From a virus: a stretch of 64,000 bases of DNA. The position numbers and the translations under genes are program-made. How positions within the stretch are numbered: the stretch's first letter is position 1; every line of letters starts with the position of its first letter. The stretch is from positions 10,530-74,529 of IMG/VR virus record IMGVR_UViG_3300049435_000061; one strand, 5' to 3'. Of the stretch, positions 7,925-17,349 are shown in pieces. Under the pieces are notes generated by a model. It ran no database searches. It saw nothing but the letters and a program-made list of their open reading frames with translations, and was not told the DNA's origin.

Positions 7925-8617
7925 CTACGGTACCCGGCACACGCCGTTGCTCATCAACGGACGCAGATCGACCGGCCTGTTGGGATCAGGATTTTTGATG
8001 ATGGTCTCACTAGAGCCGTTGGGTAGAGCGTTCTCACATTGAGCCACTTGTTGATTGGTACCTGACGGCTCAAGCCACAAATCCACATGGTTGCCCGAAA
8101 AGTTGCAGCCACAAAAATCTTCCATGATGTAGTACCGCTGCAACTTTGGTACATAGATGCGGGTACCGGGCGGGAAAACGCTGGTGTCCTCGGTGGCGAA
8201 GGTCTGCGGGTCTTGATATGTCCCCGTGCCCCCTGCCTGCTGATGTCGTGGCGGCGAACCAGGGTAGGCGATGGCACGCGACCCTGGCGGATCATTGTCG
8301 GGTGCCGAATACCAGGTGATCCGACCGGACAACGTCGTGCCGCTCGACGGCACCGTGGTCGTCGTCGTTGTCGTCGGTACCGTGGTCGTCGTGGTCGTTG
8401 TCGACGGCGTCGTGGTGGTTGTCGTGGTAGTGGTTGACGGCCGCGTGGTCGACGTCGTGGTGGTTGTTGACGGCGGCGTGGTCGGCGTTGGTGTGGCGCA
8501 CAGGCGCGGGAACCAAATGCAGTACCAGGGTGCAGCACTGGCAGATGGTGTGCACAACACCAACCCAACCGCGACAACAATCGCCGTGAACGCGGCAAGC
8601 AACCGTGCCCTACTCAC
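7925..8617 (-). CDS. secreted 3D/double-psi-barrel domain protein with Thr-rich linker
   Basis: signal peptide, poly-T linker, ITWY..DNDPPGS, PGTRIYVP, EDFCG, HVDLW. Confidence 0.7.
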   Translation of the reverse strand: MSRARLLAAFTAIVVAVGLVLCTPSASAAPWYCIWFPRLCATPTPTTPPSTTTTTSTTRPSTTTTTTTTTPSTTTTTTTVPTTTTTTTVPSSGTTLSGRITWYSAPDNDPPGSRAIAYPGSPPRHQQAGGTGTYQDPQTFATEDTSVFPPGTRIYVPKLQRYYIMEDFCGCNFSGNHVDLWLEPSGTNQQVAQCENALPNGSSETIIKNPDPNRPVDLRPLMSNGVCRVP

Positions 8618-9480
8618 AGCTTGAAAATCTTGTTAACGCCGGTATCCCAGGTGACGCTGATGTTGCCGCCGTTTGGTGTGACCGGCAGACCGGCCCCGGT
8701 GGCGGGTGCGTCTGCGCGGGAACCGGCTGTGACGATGGCAGCCAAAGCAGTGACCGTCACGGTGCGGTCACCCGCATTGGCCAGGGCGGACAGTGTGGCG
8801 CTGGCACCGTTAGAAAATGTCAGCACAGTGCCGTTGGGGATACCGGCTGACAGACGTTCCACGGCGATGGTGGTGGCCGATGCTGCCGCCTGCGCGGCGC
8901 AGGTGACGATGTGGCGTCCGTCGATGAGTGCCACCATGCGGGAGGTTGAGGGGGTGCCGGTGTCCCGATAGAGGCCAACAGCTTCCACGGTGGCACCCGA
9001 CACGGTCGGGAATGTCAGGTTGCCTGCGCTGGCCACGCCAGAGGTCACACCGGGTGTGGCGATGGCCTGTCCGGTGCCGACGTTGCAGGCGTCGAAGTCG
9101 TCCCAGTTGTCACCGGCTGCGGACGGCCCGAGGCACACCGCATAGCCGCCGCTGGTGTAGGCGGCTGAACCGACAACGTTGGTGCCGATGATCGGGTCTG
9201 TCAGCTCCATTGTGTTGGCGGCGACGTTGGCGATTTTCCACAAGCCGTTGGCTGCCAGGTTGCCGCCGACACCGCCGATCACAACGAGGTCGCCGTTGGC
9301 GAAACCGTGTGCGGTGGCGGTGATGACGATGGGTGTAGCATTGGTCGCCGCCGTGACCGCTTTCACGCCCGTGTCGGCGGTGTTGAGGTCCATCAGCGCG
9401 CCTTTGAACGCCTGCGTATCCCAGTCGAGTGTTCCATCCAGAAAGCCTTCACGGCCTTTCTCGAACAGTGCGTTGGCCAT
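8614..9480 (-). CDS. conserved phage structural protein with internal insertions
   Basis: MANALF.KGRE.FL.G..DW...LPVTPNGG.I...WD.G.NKIFKL termini. Confidence 0.7.
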   Translation of the reverse strand: MANALFEKGREGFLDGTLDWDTQAFKGALMDLNTADTGVKAVTAATNATPIVITATAHGFANGDLVVIGGVGGNLAANGLWKIANVAANTMELTDPIIGTNVVGSAAYTSGGYAVCLGPSAAGDNWDDFDACNVGTGQAIATPGVTSGVASAGNLTFPTVSGATVEAVGLYRDTGTPSTSRMVALIDGRHIVTCAAQAAASATTIAVERLSAGIPNGTVLTFSNGASATLSALANAGDRTVTVTALAAIVTAGSRADAPATGAGLPVTPNGGNISVTWDTGVNKIFKL

Positions 9481-9762
9481 CTATGTCTCCGAAATTAGTA
9501 GGATCAGGGTTTGATCGTCTTGCTCCCCGTTGGCCGTGGTGATGTGGCAGGGGATCAAGTATTCGACGCCAGCTGTGGCACCGGCTGCGGACAGGCGCAC
9601 AACCGATGCCGTATCGGTGTGCGACTCTGAAATCTTGGTGATACCGGCAGGCGGTGTCCACACTGACGTCGCAATAGTGTCGTCGGTCGACAGGTCAGCT
9701 GACCAGTCGATGTCGAAATCTCGGACTGCGTTGCGGTCCATCACTTTTGCGAACACCGCCAC
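9481..9762 (-). CDS. fibre-tail adaptor-like protein
   Basis: D..A..DF.IDW...L...DTI..S.W; AGGAGG RBS. Confidence 0.65.
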   Translation of the reverse strand: MAVFAKVMDRNAVRDFDIDWSADLSTDDTIATSVWTPPAGITKISESHTDTASVVRLSAAGATAGVEYLIPCHITTANGEQDDQTLILLISET

Positions 9763-9776
9763 CGGAATCTTTCCTC

Positions 9777-9962
9777 CTATTTCACGGGGTCGAGCAGGCG
9801 GGTTGCCCACTCCCCCACTGTTTCTGTGGGTGCCGCCACCGCGTGTTTGCAGTGCAGAAACGGCGGGTCACCCGGCTCGCTGTGCATCCAAACGGTCTGG
9901 CCGTCCGCATCTTTCAGCAGAAGCAGCCGAACCCCACAGCCTTTGTTTTTGCACCGTTTCAC
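9777..9962 (-). CDS. small Cys/His protein
   Basis: GTGA overlap; C-x4-C, H-x8-HC. Confidence 0.55.
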   Translation of the reverse strand: MKRCKNKGCGVRLLLLKDADGQTVWMHSEPGDPPFLHCKHAVAAPTETVGEWATRLLDPVK

Positions 9963-10783
9963 GGCACTAGCGCGTCCGGCACTGGTGGGTTGACCACCGG
10001 ATTGTCAGCTGGCGGAACAACACCGGGAAGCGGGTCACCGTAGAAATTGTTGGTGACATTGTTCTCATCGACGTAGCTGCCGGTGATCGGCCCGTTCGGC
10101 ACGTTGTGCTGCGGCGGAATGTCTTGCACCCCGTCACCATTAGTGTCTGCACCGTTGATGGTGGACAGCTGCGTAATCTCAGCCCACGGCGGCTGACCAC
10201 CGTTGGACCCGTACGCATCGTTGACGTCGTTGCGGTTCTCACTGTTGGGCACCACCGGAAGGTTCGCCGGGACACCGATAACCGCAGCGCCGACATTGAT
10301 GCCCACACCAATCGGACCTGGTGTCGGCCCGAAAACGCCAGGGTCACCCCAGGCGTTGCCGTTGGTGATCAGGCGGGTGTTGCTACCCGGCTGGTCAGCG
10401 CCGACATCACTGGCGACCTGAATCGCCGGGGCGTCGCCGTAGGAGAACCCTTCGATCACGCACCGACTACCATTTGCACAATGCTGATCCCAGGCGGCTC
10501 GCGTGGCGGCAACCCCTTGATTGAAGGCATCGTTGGGTGTGGTGCTGCCCGAGAACGGTGCAAAGTCGCCGTCACAGGTGCCGTAGGCAACCGGTACCGG
10601 GTCACCCTGCAAGCGGCCTTGGGCCGCAATAGTGTTGGCCAGCCCTTGACTTGTGCAGTCGGTGTTGCCACCGACGATGATGTGGGTGTCGGCACTGGCG
10701 AAGCCTGAACCGAACAGCAGGCACGCCAGTGCGGCGAGGCCCGCCAGTAGTACGCCGAAACCGGCGCGTCTGACTGCGTTCAC
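9959..10783 (-). CDS. secreted cutinase/PE-PPE-like serine hydrolase (possible lysin B analogue)
   Basis: signal peptide ending ASA; GFSYG nucleophile elbow. Confidence 0.7.
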   Translation of the reverse strand: MNAVRRAGFGVLLAGLAALACLLFGSGFASADTHIIVGGNTDCTSQGLANTIAAQGRLQGDPVPVAYGTCDGDFAPFSGSTTPNDAFNQGVAATRAAWDQHCANGSRCVIEGFSYGDAPAIQVASDVGADQPGSNTRLITNGNAWGDPGVFGPTPGPIGVGINVGAAVIGVPANLPVVPNSENRNDVNDAYGSNGGQPPWAEITQLSTINGADTNGDGVQDIPPQHNVPNGPITGSYVDENNVTNNFYGDPLPGVVPPADNPVVNPPVPDALVP

Positions 10784-10841
10784 TGTGTTTTCCTTACCTT
10801 TAACTGCTCCACCCGACGTGGGCGGATGATCTGTGCACACC

Positions 10842-10878
10842 AAAAAGCCCGACCCCTCTTTGTGTGAAGGCCGGGCTT
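10842..10878 (-). terminator. intrinsic terminator after lysin genes
   Basis: AAGCCCG/CGGGCTT stem followed by T-run on minus strand. Confidence 0.6.
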
Positions 10879-10893
10879 GGGTGTTGCTGCGGT

Positions 10894-11226
10894 TTAACCT
10901 GTTTGGTTCATCCGCTTCTGTACAGACTTGAAGATTCCCACGGCGAACGCATCGTTGGCCGGAAGTTTGCCTGCCGCACCAAGGTTCACCGTTTCCACCG
11001 AGAACGGGTCGTGACATTCCACCGCAAGCCAGAAGATGAGGTGGTCGTAGGCGTGGCCGTTGGTGAACAACGCCATACCGGTGGTGTCGTCGACACCGTC
11101 GTTGGTGCGGCGACACGTGGCACGCGAAATCCACTTGCCACCCTGAGTGATTCCGGGGATGTCGCCGATGTTTTTGTACGACGTTGTCTTGTCGTACATT
11201 TCGTTGAACATGTCTTGGTTGCTCAT
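10894..11226 (-). CDS. stand-alone lysin A C-terminal (cell-wall-binding-like) domain
   Basis: SRA..R....VDD..GM.L..NG..Y resembles mycobacteriophage LysA C-termini; follows two catalytic lysin genes. Confidence 0.6.
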   Translation of the reverse strand: MSNQDMFNEMYDKTTSYKNIGDIPGITQGGKWISRATCRRTNDGVDDTTGMALFTNGHAYDHLIFWLAVECHDPFSVETVNLGAAGKLPANDAFAVGIFKSVQKRMNQTG

Positions 11227-11243
11227 TTGACTGCCTTTCGTTT

Positions 11244-11849
11244 TCAGATGTACAGATCGGGTACGCCGGGGATCAACAGCTCACCAACGACGACAGCGTT
11301 GGCCCATGCGTAGCCTTTCGGCGGGATCAGGGTGGCGGTCTGGTCGAAAGCCTCCCAGTATCCGTAGGGCCGAAAGCCGCTGTCGGCCACCCACACTGCG
11401 CCACCAGGAAAGTCGGTGTCGTAGCCCATGATGGCGCGGTAGTGAAAGATGGTGCCGCCGCCGTATGCCGGGTCCGGTGATCCCATCACGCCGCGTGGAT
11501 AGTTGGATGACGGCGCAACAATGTTGTTGCTCACCCCGTACCCGGCGTCAATCGAATGAAGGATGTGTTGCCACAGATGGTTTTTCTGAACTTCGCTCAT
11601 CGGGTCTTGTTCGCACAGAACAGGTTCGAAGTGAGCGTCGGGCAGATAGCGGTTGAGCACCGGGGTAATCATTCCCACCCAGGCGGTGCCGTCTTGGGTG
11701 GTGCCGATTTGGTTAGCCAGGTCTTGTTCGCTCACAACGATTCCGCGCGATTGCAGAATCATCTGTGTGGACGCCGGACCGCACCAGAAGTAGGTGTCCT
11801 GTTTGTCGAATGCTGGGTTGCGGTCGTAGTCGAGAATCTTTTGGGTCAT
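11244..11849 (-). CDS. lysin A, C39-like peptidase subunit
   Basis: QDTYFWCGPAS, HY..IMGYD, VADSGF, LIPPKGYA. Confidence 0.85.
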   Translation of the reverse strand: MTQKILDYDRNPAFDKQDTYFWCGPASTQMILQSRGIVVSEQDLANQIGTTQDGTAWVGMITPVLNRYLPDAHFEPVLCEQDPMSEVQKNHLWQHILHSIDAGYGVSNNIVAPSSNYPRGVMGSPDPAYGGGTIFHYRAIMGYDTDFPGGAVWVADSGFRPYGYWEAFDQTATLIPPKGYAWANAVVVGELLIPGVPDLYI

Positions 11850-12478
11850 GCGGGCAGCCCTTCCACGCCGGGGATCAGCAGCGGGCTGCCCATGCCTAAC
11901 GCCGCCGCCAGATCGGCTTTGGTACCGCGAAACGCGTTGACATCCAACGCCAAACCAGCGACCAGGCCGTCATCACCGTATTGGAGTATGCCGACGTCTT
12001 TGCCGCCGTAGCCGTTCCAGTTGGGGTGGTTGTCACCAGGGTAGGTGTGGGTGTATTCGGACCGCACCAACAAACCGGGGATGTCCCGAAGGGTCGGCTT
12101 ACCAATCCGCTCCCAATACCAGTCGGGTAGGTAGGACACCACTGTCGGTATGCCGAGAGCCGCGAACGCATTCACGCAAGCCCAGTAGTTGTTGAGGTCA
12201 CCGGAGCCGTCCTCGAAGTCCAGCATCACCCGTTCACCACCGCCGTTGTCACGGAAGTTGCGGGCCTGGGCATTCGGGTCGTCAGTTTTGACGTAGTGAT
12301 AACCGACGCACAACAGCCCGCGCTGTGCACACCAATCGCGTGTTCGTGGCCAGAACTTGTCCTTAAACCCTGACCCTTCACTGACCTTGGCGAAAACGAA
12401 AGCGTAGCCCTCGTCGGCAACCCGGTCGATGTTGACGGTGCCGTTGTTGTTGGAGATGTCGGGTCCGAAGATGGTCAT
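11846..12478 (-). CDS. lysin A, GH25 muramidase subunit
   Basis: GPDISNNN, AKVSEG, GYHY, MLDFE, LQY, DVNAFRG. Confidence 0.88.
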   Translation of the reverse strand: MTIFGPDISNNNGTVNIDRVADEGYAFVFAKVSEGSGFKDKFWPRTRDWCAQRGLLCVGYHYVKTDDPNAQARNFRDNGGGERVMLDFEDGSGDLNNYWACVNAFAALGIPTVVSYLPDWYWERIGKPTLRDIPGLLVRSEYTHTYPGDNHPNWNGYGGKDVGILQYGDDGLVAGLALDVNAFRGTKADLAAALGMGSPLLIPGVEGLPA

Positions 12479-13401
12479 TAAATGATCCTCTCGACTGTGG
12501 CCGTCTCCACCTTCAAAATGTTTGTGGCGCTCGACGTTGCCCACTGTGCGGTCAGTTTCACCACGGGTGTAGCGGCGGTGGTGTCAACGACTGCCGTAGT
12601 GGCGATGGTGGTGGTAAGGATGACCGCCGTCGCAAACTCGATACGCCCGAAACCGTTGGCAACGTATGTGCCGCTGGCACCGACTGTGCGAACGGTGATG
12701 TCCACTTCCAGGTTGAAGGCGACCGGGCCAGCTGCGGTGCCCTGTGACGCCATCTGGAAGGTCTCGGTGCTGACGTTGGCACCCAGATATGGCCGAAACG
12801 TCAGTGTGCCGCTGGTCGCTTGTACCTGCACCGTGCCGCGCACTTTGAGGCGAAACGTTGAACCGGCCACAAGCGATCCGGTCGGGAGTGTGAACGTGAT
12901 GACAGACGTTTCGGTGGTCGACGTATTCAGGTTCACCTGAGCCGTGTTGGCCGTCAAACCACCGGCCAACTCTGGTGCGCTCGCCGCTGCCGGTGCGGCT
13001 AGCGCGGAGTAGACGCCGCCCGCCACACGCACCAGGCCGGTGCCGCTGAGAAACGTTGCACCCTCCGGTGTGCCACACATGGTGACTTTCCAGTATTTGG
13101 TGGATGACACGGTGACCACTTGCAGCACCGCCCATGAACCTGTGCGGCCCAGAACGTAGTTGGTAGTCCCGTCCTGAAATGTGTCGCTGCCACTGCGGGT
13201 GAAGGTGACTGTGTTGGTGGTGACGTCGAGCGGGTCTTTCTGGATCACCATTGAAACGCCATCGGTAAGACCGGACAATGCCGGAAGCGATGGCGTTAGG
13301 TTGCCTGCTGATGCGTTGTAGGTGTTGATCGAACCGATGGTGGGTGCGGTGGATGCCGAGATGACGGCGGCACCATTGAGTGTTGCTGCGAGCACTGACA
13401 T
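12478..13401 (-). CDS. tail fibre/minor tail protein
   Basis: T/S/G/A-rich beta protein at end of tail module. Confidence 0.65.
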   Translation of the reverse strand: MSVLAATLNGAAVISASTAPTIGSINTYNASAGNLTPSLPALSGLTDGVSMVIQKDPLDVTTNTVTFTRSGSDTFQDGTTNYVLGRTGSWAVLQVVTVSSTKYWKVTMCGTPEGATFLSGTGLVRVAGGVYSALAAPAAASAPELAGGLTANTAQVNLNTSTTETSVITFTLPTGSLVAGSTFRLKVRGTVQVQATSGTLTFRPYLGANVSTETFQMASQGTAAGPVAFNLEVDITVRTVGASGTYVANGFGRIEFATAVILTTTIATTAVVDTTAATPVVKLTAQWATSSATNILKVETATVERII

Positions 13402-13434
13402 TTTAGGTCACCCCAGCCATCCTTCGGCCTACCA

Positions 13435-13599
13435 TCAAGGCGTCACCTCATTTTTGGTTTGTGCGTACAAGCTGATGTACCCCCGTGCAATATCTGCCCA
13501 ACCCGACGCCAAGGGGCCACTGCTGTTGCCTGCTGCGGTCTTGCCCTTCGTCAAAGCGCTTTCGGCCTCGGCGCGGTACTGGTCAGCTGTTAGTGCCAT
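13435..13599 (-). CDS. 54-aa hypothetical protein
   Basis: AAGGAG RBS; MALTADQYRAEAE... Confidence 0.6.
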   Translation of the reverse strand: MALTADQYRAEAESALTKGKTAAGNSSGPLASGWADIARGYISLYAQTKNEVTP

Positions 13600-13601
13600 C
13601 G

Positions 13602-13772
13602 TTACTCCTTTGGTGCAGTTGATATTTCAGCGACGATCCGCGTCAATGCGGTCACCGCTGCCGCTGCTGCGGTCCACAGGTGGGTGATGTCGCCGTCGCG
13701 CTGCGAGTCCTCCACAGCCTGGGCAAGGGACTGCTCGATCAGTGCGCATTTGTGCTGCCGGATGAGGTCCAT
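13602..13772 (-). CDS. 56-aa hypothetical protein
   Basis: TAATG overlap; MDLIRQHKCALIEQ... Confidence 0.55.
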   Translation of the reverse strand: MDLIRQHKCALIEQSLAQAVEDSQRDGDITHLWTAAAAAVTALTRIVAEISTAPKE

Positions 13773-14068
13773 TAGGCGGTGGTGTAGCCCAACTCACGAA
13801 TGACATCATCGAGGGTGCCGTGGTCAATGTTGTCGATAGGCTGCATAATGCGCTGCTCAAAACCACCCTCGGCGTTAGATGGATAGATGAAAACGATGTC
13901 CTCGCTAGCGCTTTGAGCAATCGACTGGATATGAATTGCGACATACCCATAACTAACCCTCTCGCCACGCGGGGTAAACCGTTGCAGAGGCGGCGACAAA
14001 CTGACCAGAGTCGTCGTCGGTGGCCAGTGCTGCATTGATGTGTCGAGAATTGTTGCGGTAGATGCCAT
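13772..14068 (-). CDS. hypothetical tail-region protein
   Basis: GAGGA RBS; position after Gly-rich tail gene. Confidence 0.65.
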   Translation of the reverse strand: MASTATILDTSMQHWPPTTTLVSLSPPLQRFTPRGERVSYGYVAIHIQSIAQSASEDIVFIYPSNAEGGFEQRIMQPIDNIDHGTLDDVIRELGYTTA

Positions 14069-14086
14069 TTCAGTCCGTCCTCTTTT

Positions 14087-14941
14087 CTAGCTGATGATGT
14101 AGAGACAGCCAACGGCCCCGACACCGCCGTTGGCCACTGAGCCGGTAGCAGCTGACACGCCGCCGCCGCCACCGCCGCCGCCAGGAGCACCACCCGCACC
14201 GCCCGCAAACCCTGCGCTATTGTTGGCACCGCCGCCGCCACCGCCCGCACCGCCCGCTGGAATACCTGACGGCGCTGCCGCGCCATCCCCACCGACAGCA
14301 CCCATACCGGCCTGCCCAGACGCCGAGAATGCGCCGGGCACGCCGTCAGTGTTGGGTATCGACCAGTTGTTGGTACCGGTGAACAGTTGACCACCCATGC
14401 CGCCGTCACCGGGTGGCACCGTCACCGCGTAGGTACCGTCCGCTTTATAGACAGCGCCGACACCGGGGCTGCCTACGCAGTAGCTGCCGAAACTGGTGCT
14501 GCCGCCGAGCGTTCCACGCCCCACCGAACTGGCACCGGCACCGCCTGTGCCGATGGTGATAGCAACAGTTGACGGCAACTCATTAGTGTAGAGCTGCTGA
14601 CTTACATAGCCACCGGAACGACCGGGCAGCGGAGGAACAAACGTCGTCGTGCTGCCCTTACCACCGCCCTGCCCACCACAAATGGCAATGACAGTGATTA
14701 GGTTGTGCTCCGTCGGTGTGGGGTTGGTCCACGTTTGCGACGTATTGTATTGCGTTAACGTGCCCCCGCCCTCCAATGCTGTAATCCGATTTTGATAGTT
14801 CGCTATGACAGTTTCAACGTCTGTCGTTGAGTGCCCCAAACCGGTGAACAAGGTTGATGCTGTCGCGATTGCATCAATAGTTGCCTGATTTTTCTGAACC
14901 CATTGCAGGGCCAGATCATAGAGTCCACCACCGTCGCTCAT
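14087..14941 (-). CDS. glycine-rich minor tail protein
   Basis: GGGQGGG, GGAGG..PGGGGGGGG motifs. Confidence 0.8.
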   Translation of the reverse strand: MSDGGGLYDLALQWVQKNQATIDAIATASTLFTGLGHSTTDVETVIANYQNRITALEGGGTLTQYNTSQTWTNPTPTEHNLITVIAICGGQGGGKGSTTTFVPPLPGRSGGYVSQQLYTNELPSTVAITIGTGGAGASSVGRGTLGGSTSFGSYCVGSPGVGAVYKADGTYAVTVPPGDGGMGGQLFTGTNNWSIPNTDGVPGAFSASGQAGMGAVGGDGAAAPSGIPAGGAGGGGGGANNSAGFAGGAGGAPGGGGGGGGVSAATGSVANGGVGAVGCLYIIS

Positions 14942-16455
14942 CCTGAAGCCGTCCACTGCCGCAGTCCACCCGGTGGACAGTTCGCCAAGAATTGCTGCTC
15001 ACATCTGCCGCCCAGGCCGCGTCGTCGGTATGTCGGCCCCATCTGCGAGCCTGTTCCCGGTTCGAGATAGCCGTTCATAAACCCAACGCCGTCGAGCTGG
15101 CCGGTGAACGCACGACCTTTCGCGAAAAATGTAAACGACTTGCCCGCAACAGCTGTCGAGGTGGTGCCAGATGTCAAGTTGGTGCCGACGCCGTTGATGA
15201 AGTAGTCGAGTGACCATGCGCCGTTGGCTTTCAACCGGAGCCGGACCCCGGTACGGGTGGCCCAGCTGGTGAAGGTGTTCATCCGAATCCATAGATCGTT
15301 GAAGCCGAAGTTGATCGGAATTAGGATCGGCGACGATCCGGCTGCACCATTGAAAATGCATGACACCGTCTGGTCGTCTGTGGATGCGGTGACACCGTTT
15401 CGGAAACCAACGTAATCACCTGTGGTGGAACTTTTTACGGTGAGATTGTGGCCGTCCGGGATGGCGACAGTTACACCGGCGGTGGAGTAAAACATGCTCC
15501 ATGCCGAACCGGGGTCGACGGTGGTAATCCGCTCGAAGGCGTCACTGTCGGTGGTGCCGGTTGAAAACGCTGCCTGCAACTGTGCGATCTGTGCAGCCTG
15601 TCCAGCGAGGGCACCGGACTGGGACAGCACCGCCGCACCCATCTGGGAGTTGTTGGCCCCGAACCCGTTTAAGCCGGTGATGCCGGTCCACAGACTGTCC
15701 ACCGCCGACTGTAGGTCGGTGGAATGTTGCAACCGAATATCCGGAAGTGACTGCGGCGAAACAGCTATCGGCGTTATAGGAATGGTGGCTGTGCCGTTGT
15801 TGTTGATGCTCAATGGGAACTGTGCGTCAGTTAGGTATGAAGCTGTGCCATTGTTGTTAATGGTGATCGAAGACGTTGACGGCGACGGCGTTGCAGTGCC
15901 GTTGTTGTTGAGTATCGCCGTGGGGAAAATGCTGAGCCAGCCGGTGAGCAGGCCGAGGATTTGACCCAACGGCAAGTTCGGTATGAACGGCAGACCAACT
16001 TGTGTACCACCACCGGCAGAAAGCAAGCCGCCCAACAATGGTATCGACGTCGGAGCGGGCAGCCCTGGCGTACCAGATCCCAGATTGGTTGGGTTGCCAA
16101 GGACGCTGGTGATGTCGGTAAAAATCGAACCCAGCCCGGCCATCCCGCTCAAACCGGGTATCGCATTGGTGAACAACGCGATCAGGGTTGCGGGCGATAC
16201 GCTGCCGCCAAACAGGCCGCTCAACTGGAACAGGCCGGTACCACTGAACGGGTTGAAGAAGCCTTGCACCGCAGTAACAACCGCACGACTGATCATTTCG
16301 ATGAACTGCGCCCGCACTGCGGCGAGCTGTTCTGCACTCATCGGCGGCGCAGGGGTACTGTTCGGCGTCGTCGGGGTTACATACCCAAGCGGCGCTTCGC
16401 TGGGCATCGTCGGATCGGTGGGCCACGACTTCGACGCAAAAACAGGGAAACTCAC
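14938..16455 (-). CDS. minor tail protein
   Basis: position; C-terminal DAFER...lectin-like domain. Confidence 0.8.
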   Translation of the reverse strand: MSFPVFASKSWPTDPTMPSEAPLGYVTPTTPNSTPAPPMSAEQLAAVRAQFIEMISRAVVTAVQGFFNPFSGTGLFQLSGLFGGSVSPATLIALFTNAIPGLSGMAGLGSIFTDITSVLGNPTNLGSGTPGLPAPTSIPLLGGLLSAGGGTQVGLPFIPNLPLGQILGLLTGWLSIFPTAILNNNGTATPSPSTSSITINNNGTASYLTDAQFPLSINNNGTATIPITPIAVSPQSLPDIRLQHSTDLQSAVDSLWTGITGLNGFGANNSQMGAAVLSQSGALAGQAAQIAQLQAAFSTGTTDSDAFERITTVDPGSAWSMFYSTAGVTVAIPDGHNLTVKSSTTGDYVGFRNGVTASTDDQTVSCIFNGAAGSSPILIPINFGFNDLWIRMNTFTSWATRTGVRLRLKANGAWSLDYFINGVGTNLTSGTTSTAVAGKSFTFFAKGRAFTGQLDGVGFMNGYLEPGTGSQMGPTYRRRGLGGRCEQQFLANCPPGGLRQWTASG

Positions 16456-17339
16456 GGCAGCGGTTGCACTCTCACCCAGAACGTGGTGTCAGGTGACGCT
16501 GGCGTAGCCCAGTTGGAGGTGGAAGAGTTTTTCTGCTCAGCGCGCAGATGCACACTGACACCGCCATCGGTGGTCAACACTTTGCCGAAGTTGGTTTCAC
16601 CGGACAGTGCTGCCGGGATCAACGTTGTGGGAATGCCTGCCGGATTCGACCCGATCAACCCTTTACCGAAACCAACCTGGTTGCCGGTGGAGGCGTCGCC
16701 GACGCGCGCCACCAAATCGACACGGGTGGGTGTGGCACCATCAGTACCGGTGACAACGGTCTGCGCGAACGCCAACGGACGCCAGTTCCACGGCTGCGCC
16801 GGAATCGCAATGCTGGCCAGCAGGCGCGGTGACGTGTTGCCTGAGGCTGTCGCGCCAATAGATGTGGCGACATAATCGCTACCCACTTTGACGGCGGACA
16901 AAACAAACTTGCCATCAGAGTTGCGGTAGGTGAGTTGAAACCCGTCGACAGCCGAGCCGAGCGCTGGTGCGCCCGCTGTGCCATCGTGCAGAAAATCACT
17001 TGACCCGCTTATGCTTGGCGAACCGGTCAGGCCGGTGATGCCCTGGTTGATGTGAAACTCCAAGGCATACTTGGCTGGCAGCCCAGCACCACCGGGGTCG
17101 ATGAGGGTTTTCACCGGGTTCGGTGACGGCAGTGTGGCACCGGCAGGCTCTTGCACAAGTGTGATGTCAAACAGGGTGGGCTGACCGGGTAAGCCTTGCG
17201 CCATGAACGGCAACGCACCGACGCCGCCTTCGGGTGTAATGATGATGTATGACACACCGGATTCGGGGTTGGCTCCGTTGATAATCTCGATGGTTGCGTT
17301 GGTGATGACAATGCTGTTTCCGTTGATGCTCACGCCCAC
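16452..17339 (-). CDS. minor tail protein
   Basis: IPAQPWNWRP..., DLVAR, F.VRVQP motifs of mycobacteriophage tail-tip proteins. Confidence 0.8.
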   Translation of the reverse strand: MGVSINGNSIVITNATIEIINGANPESGVSYIIITPEGGVGALPFMAQGLPGQPTLFDITLVQEPAGATLPSPNPVKTLIDPGGAGLPAKYALEFHINQGITGLTGSPSISGSSDFLHDGTAGAPALGSAVDGFQLTYRNSDGKFVLSAVKVGSDYVATSIGATASGNTSPRLLASIAIPAQPWNWRPLAFAQTVVTGTDGATPTRVDLVARVGDASTGNQVGFGKGLIGSNPAGIPTTLIPAALSGETNFGKVLTTDGGVSVHLRAEQKNSSTSNWATPASPDTTFWVRVQPLP

Positions 17340-17349
17340 AATGGAACTC

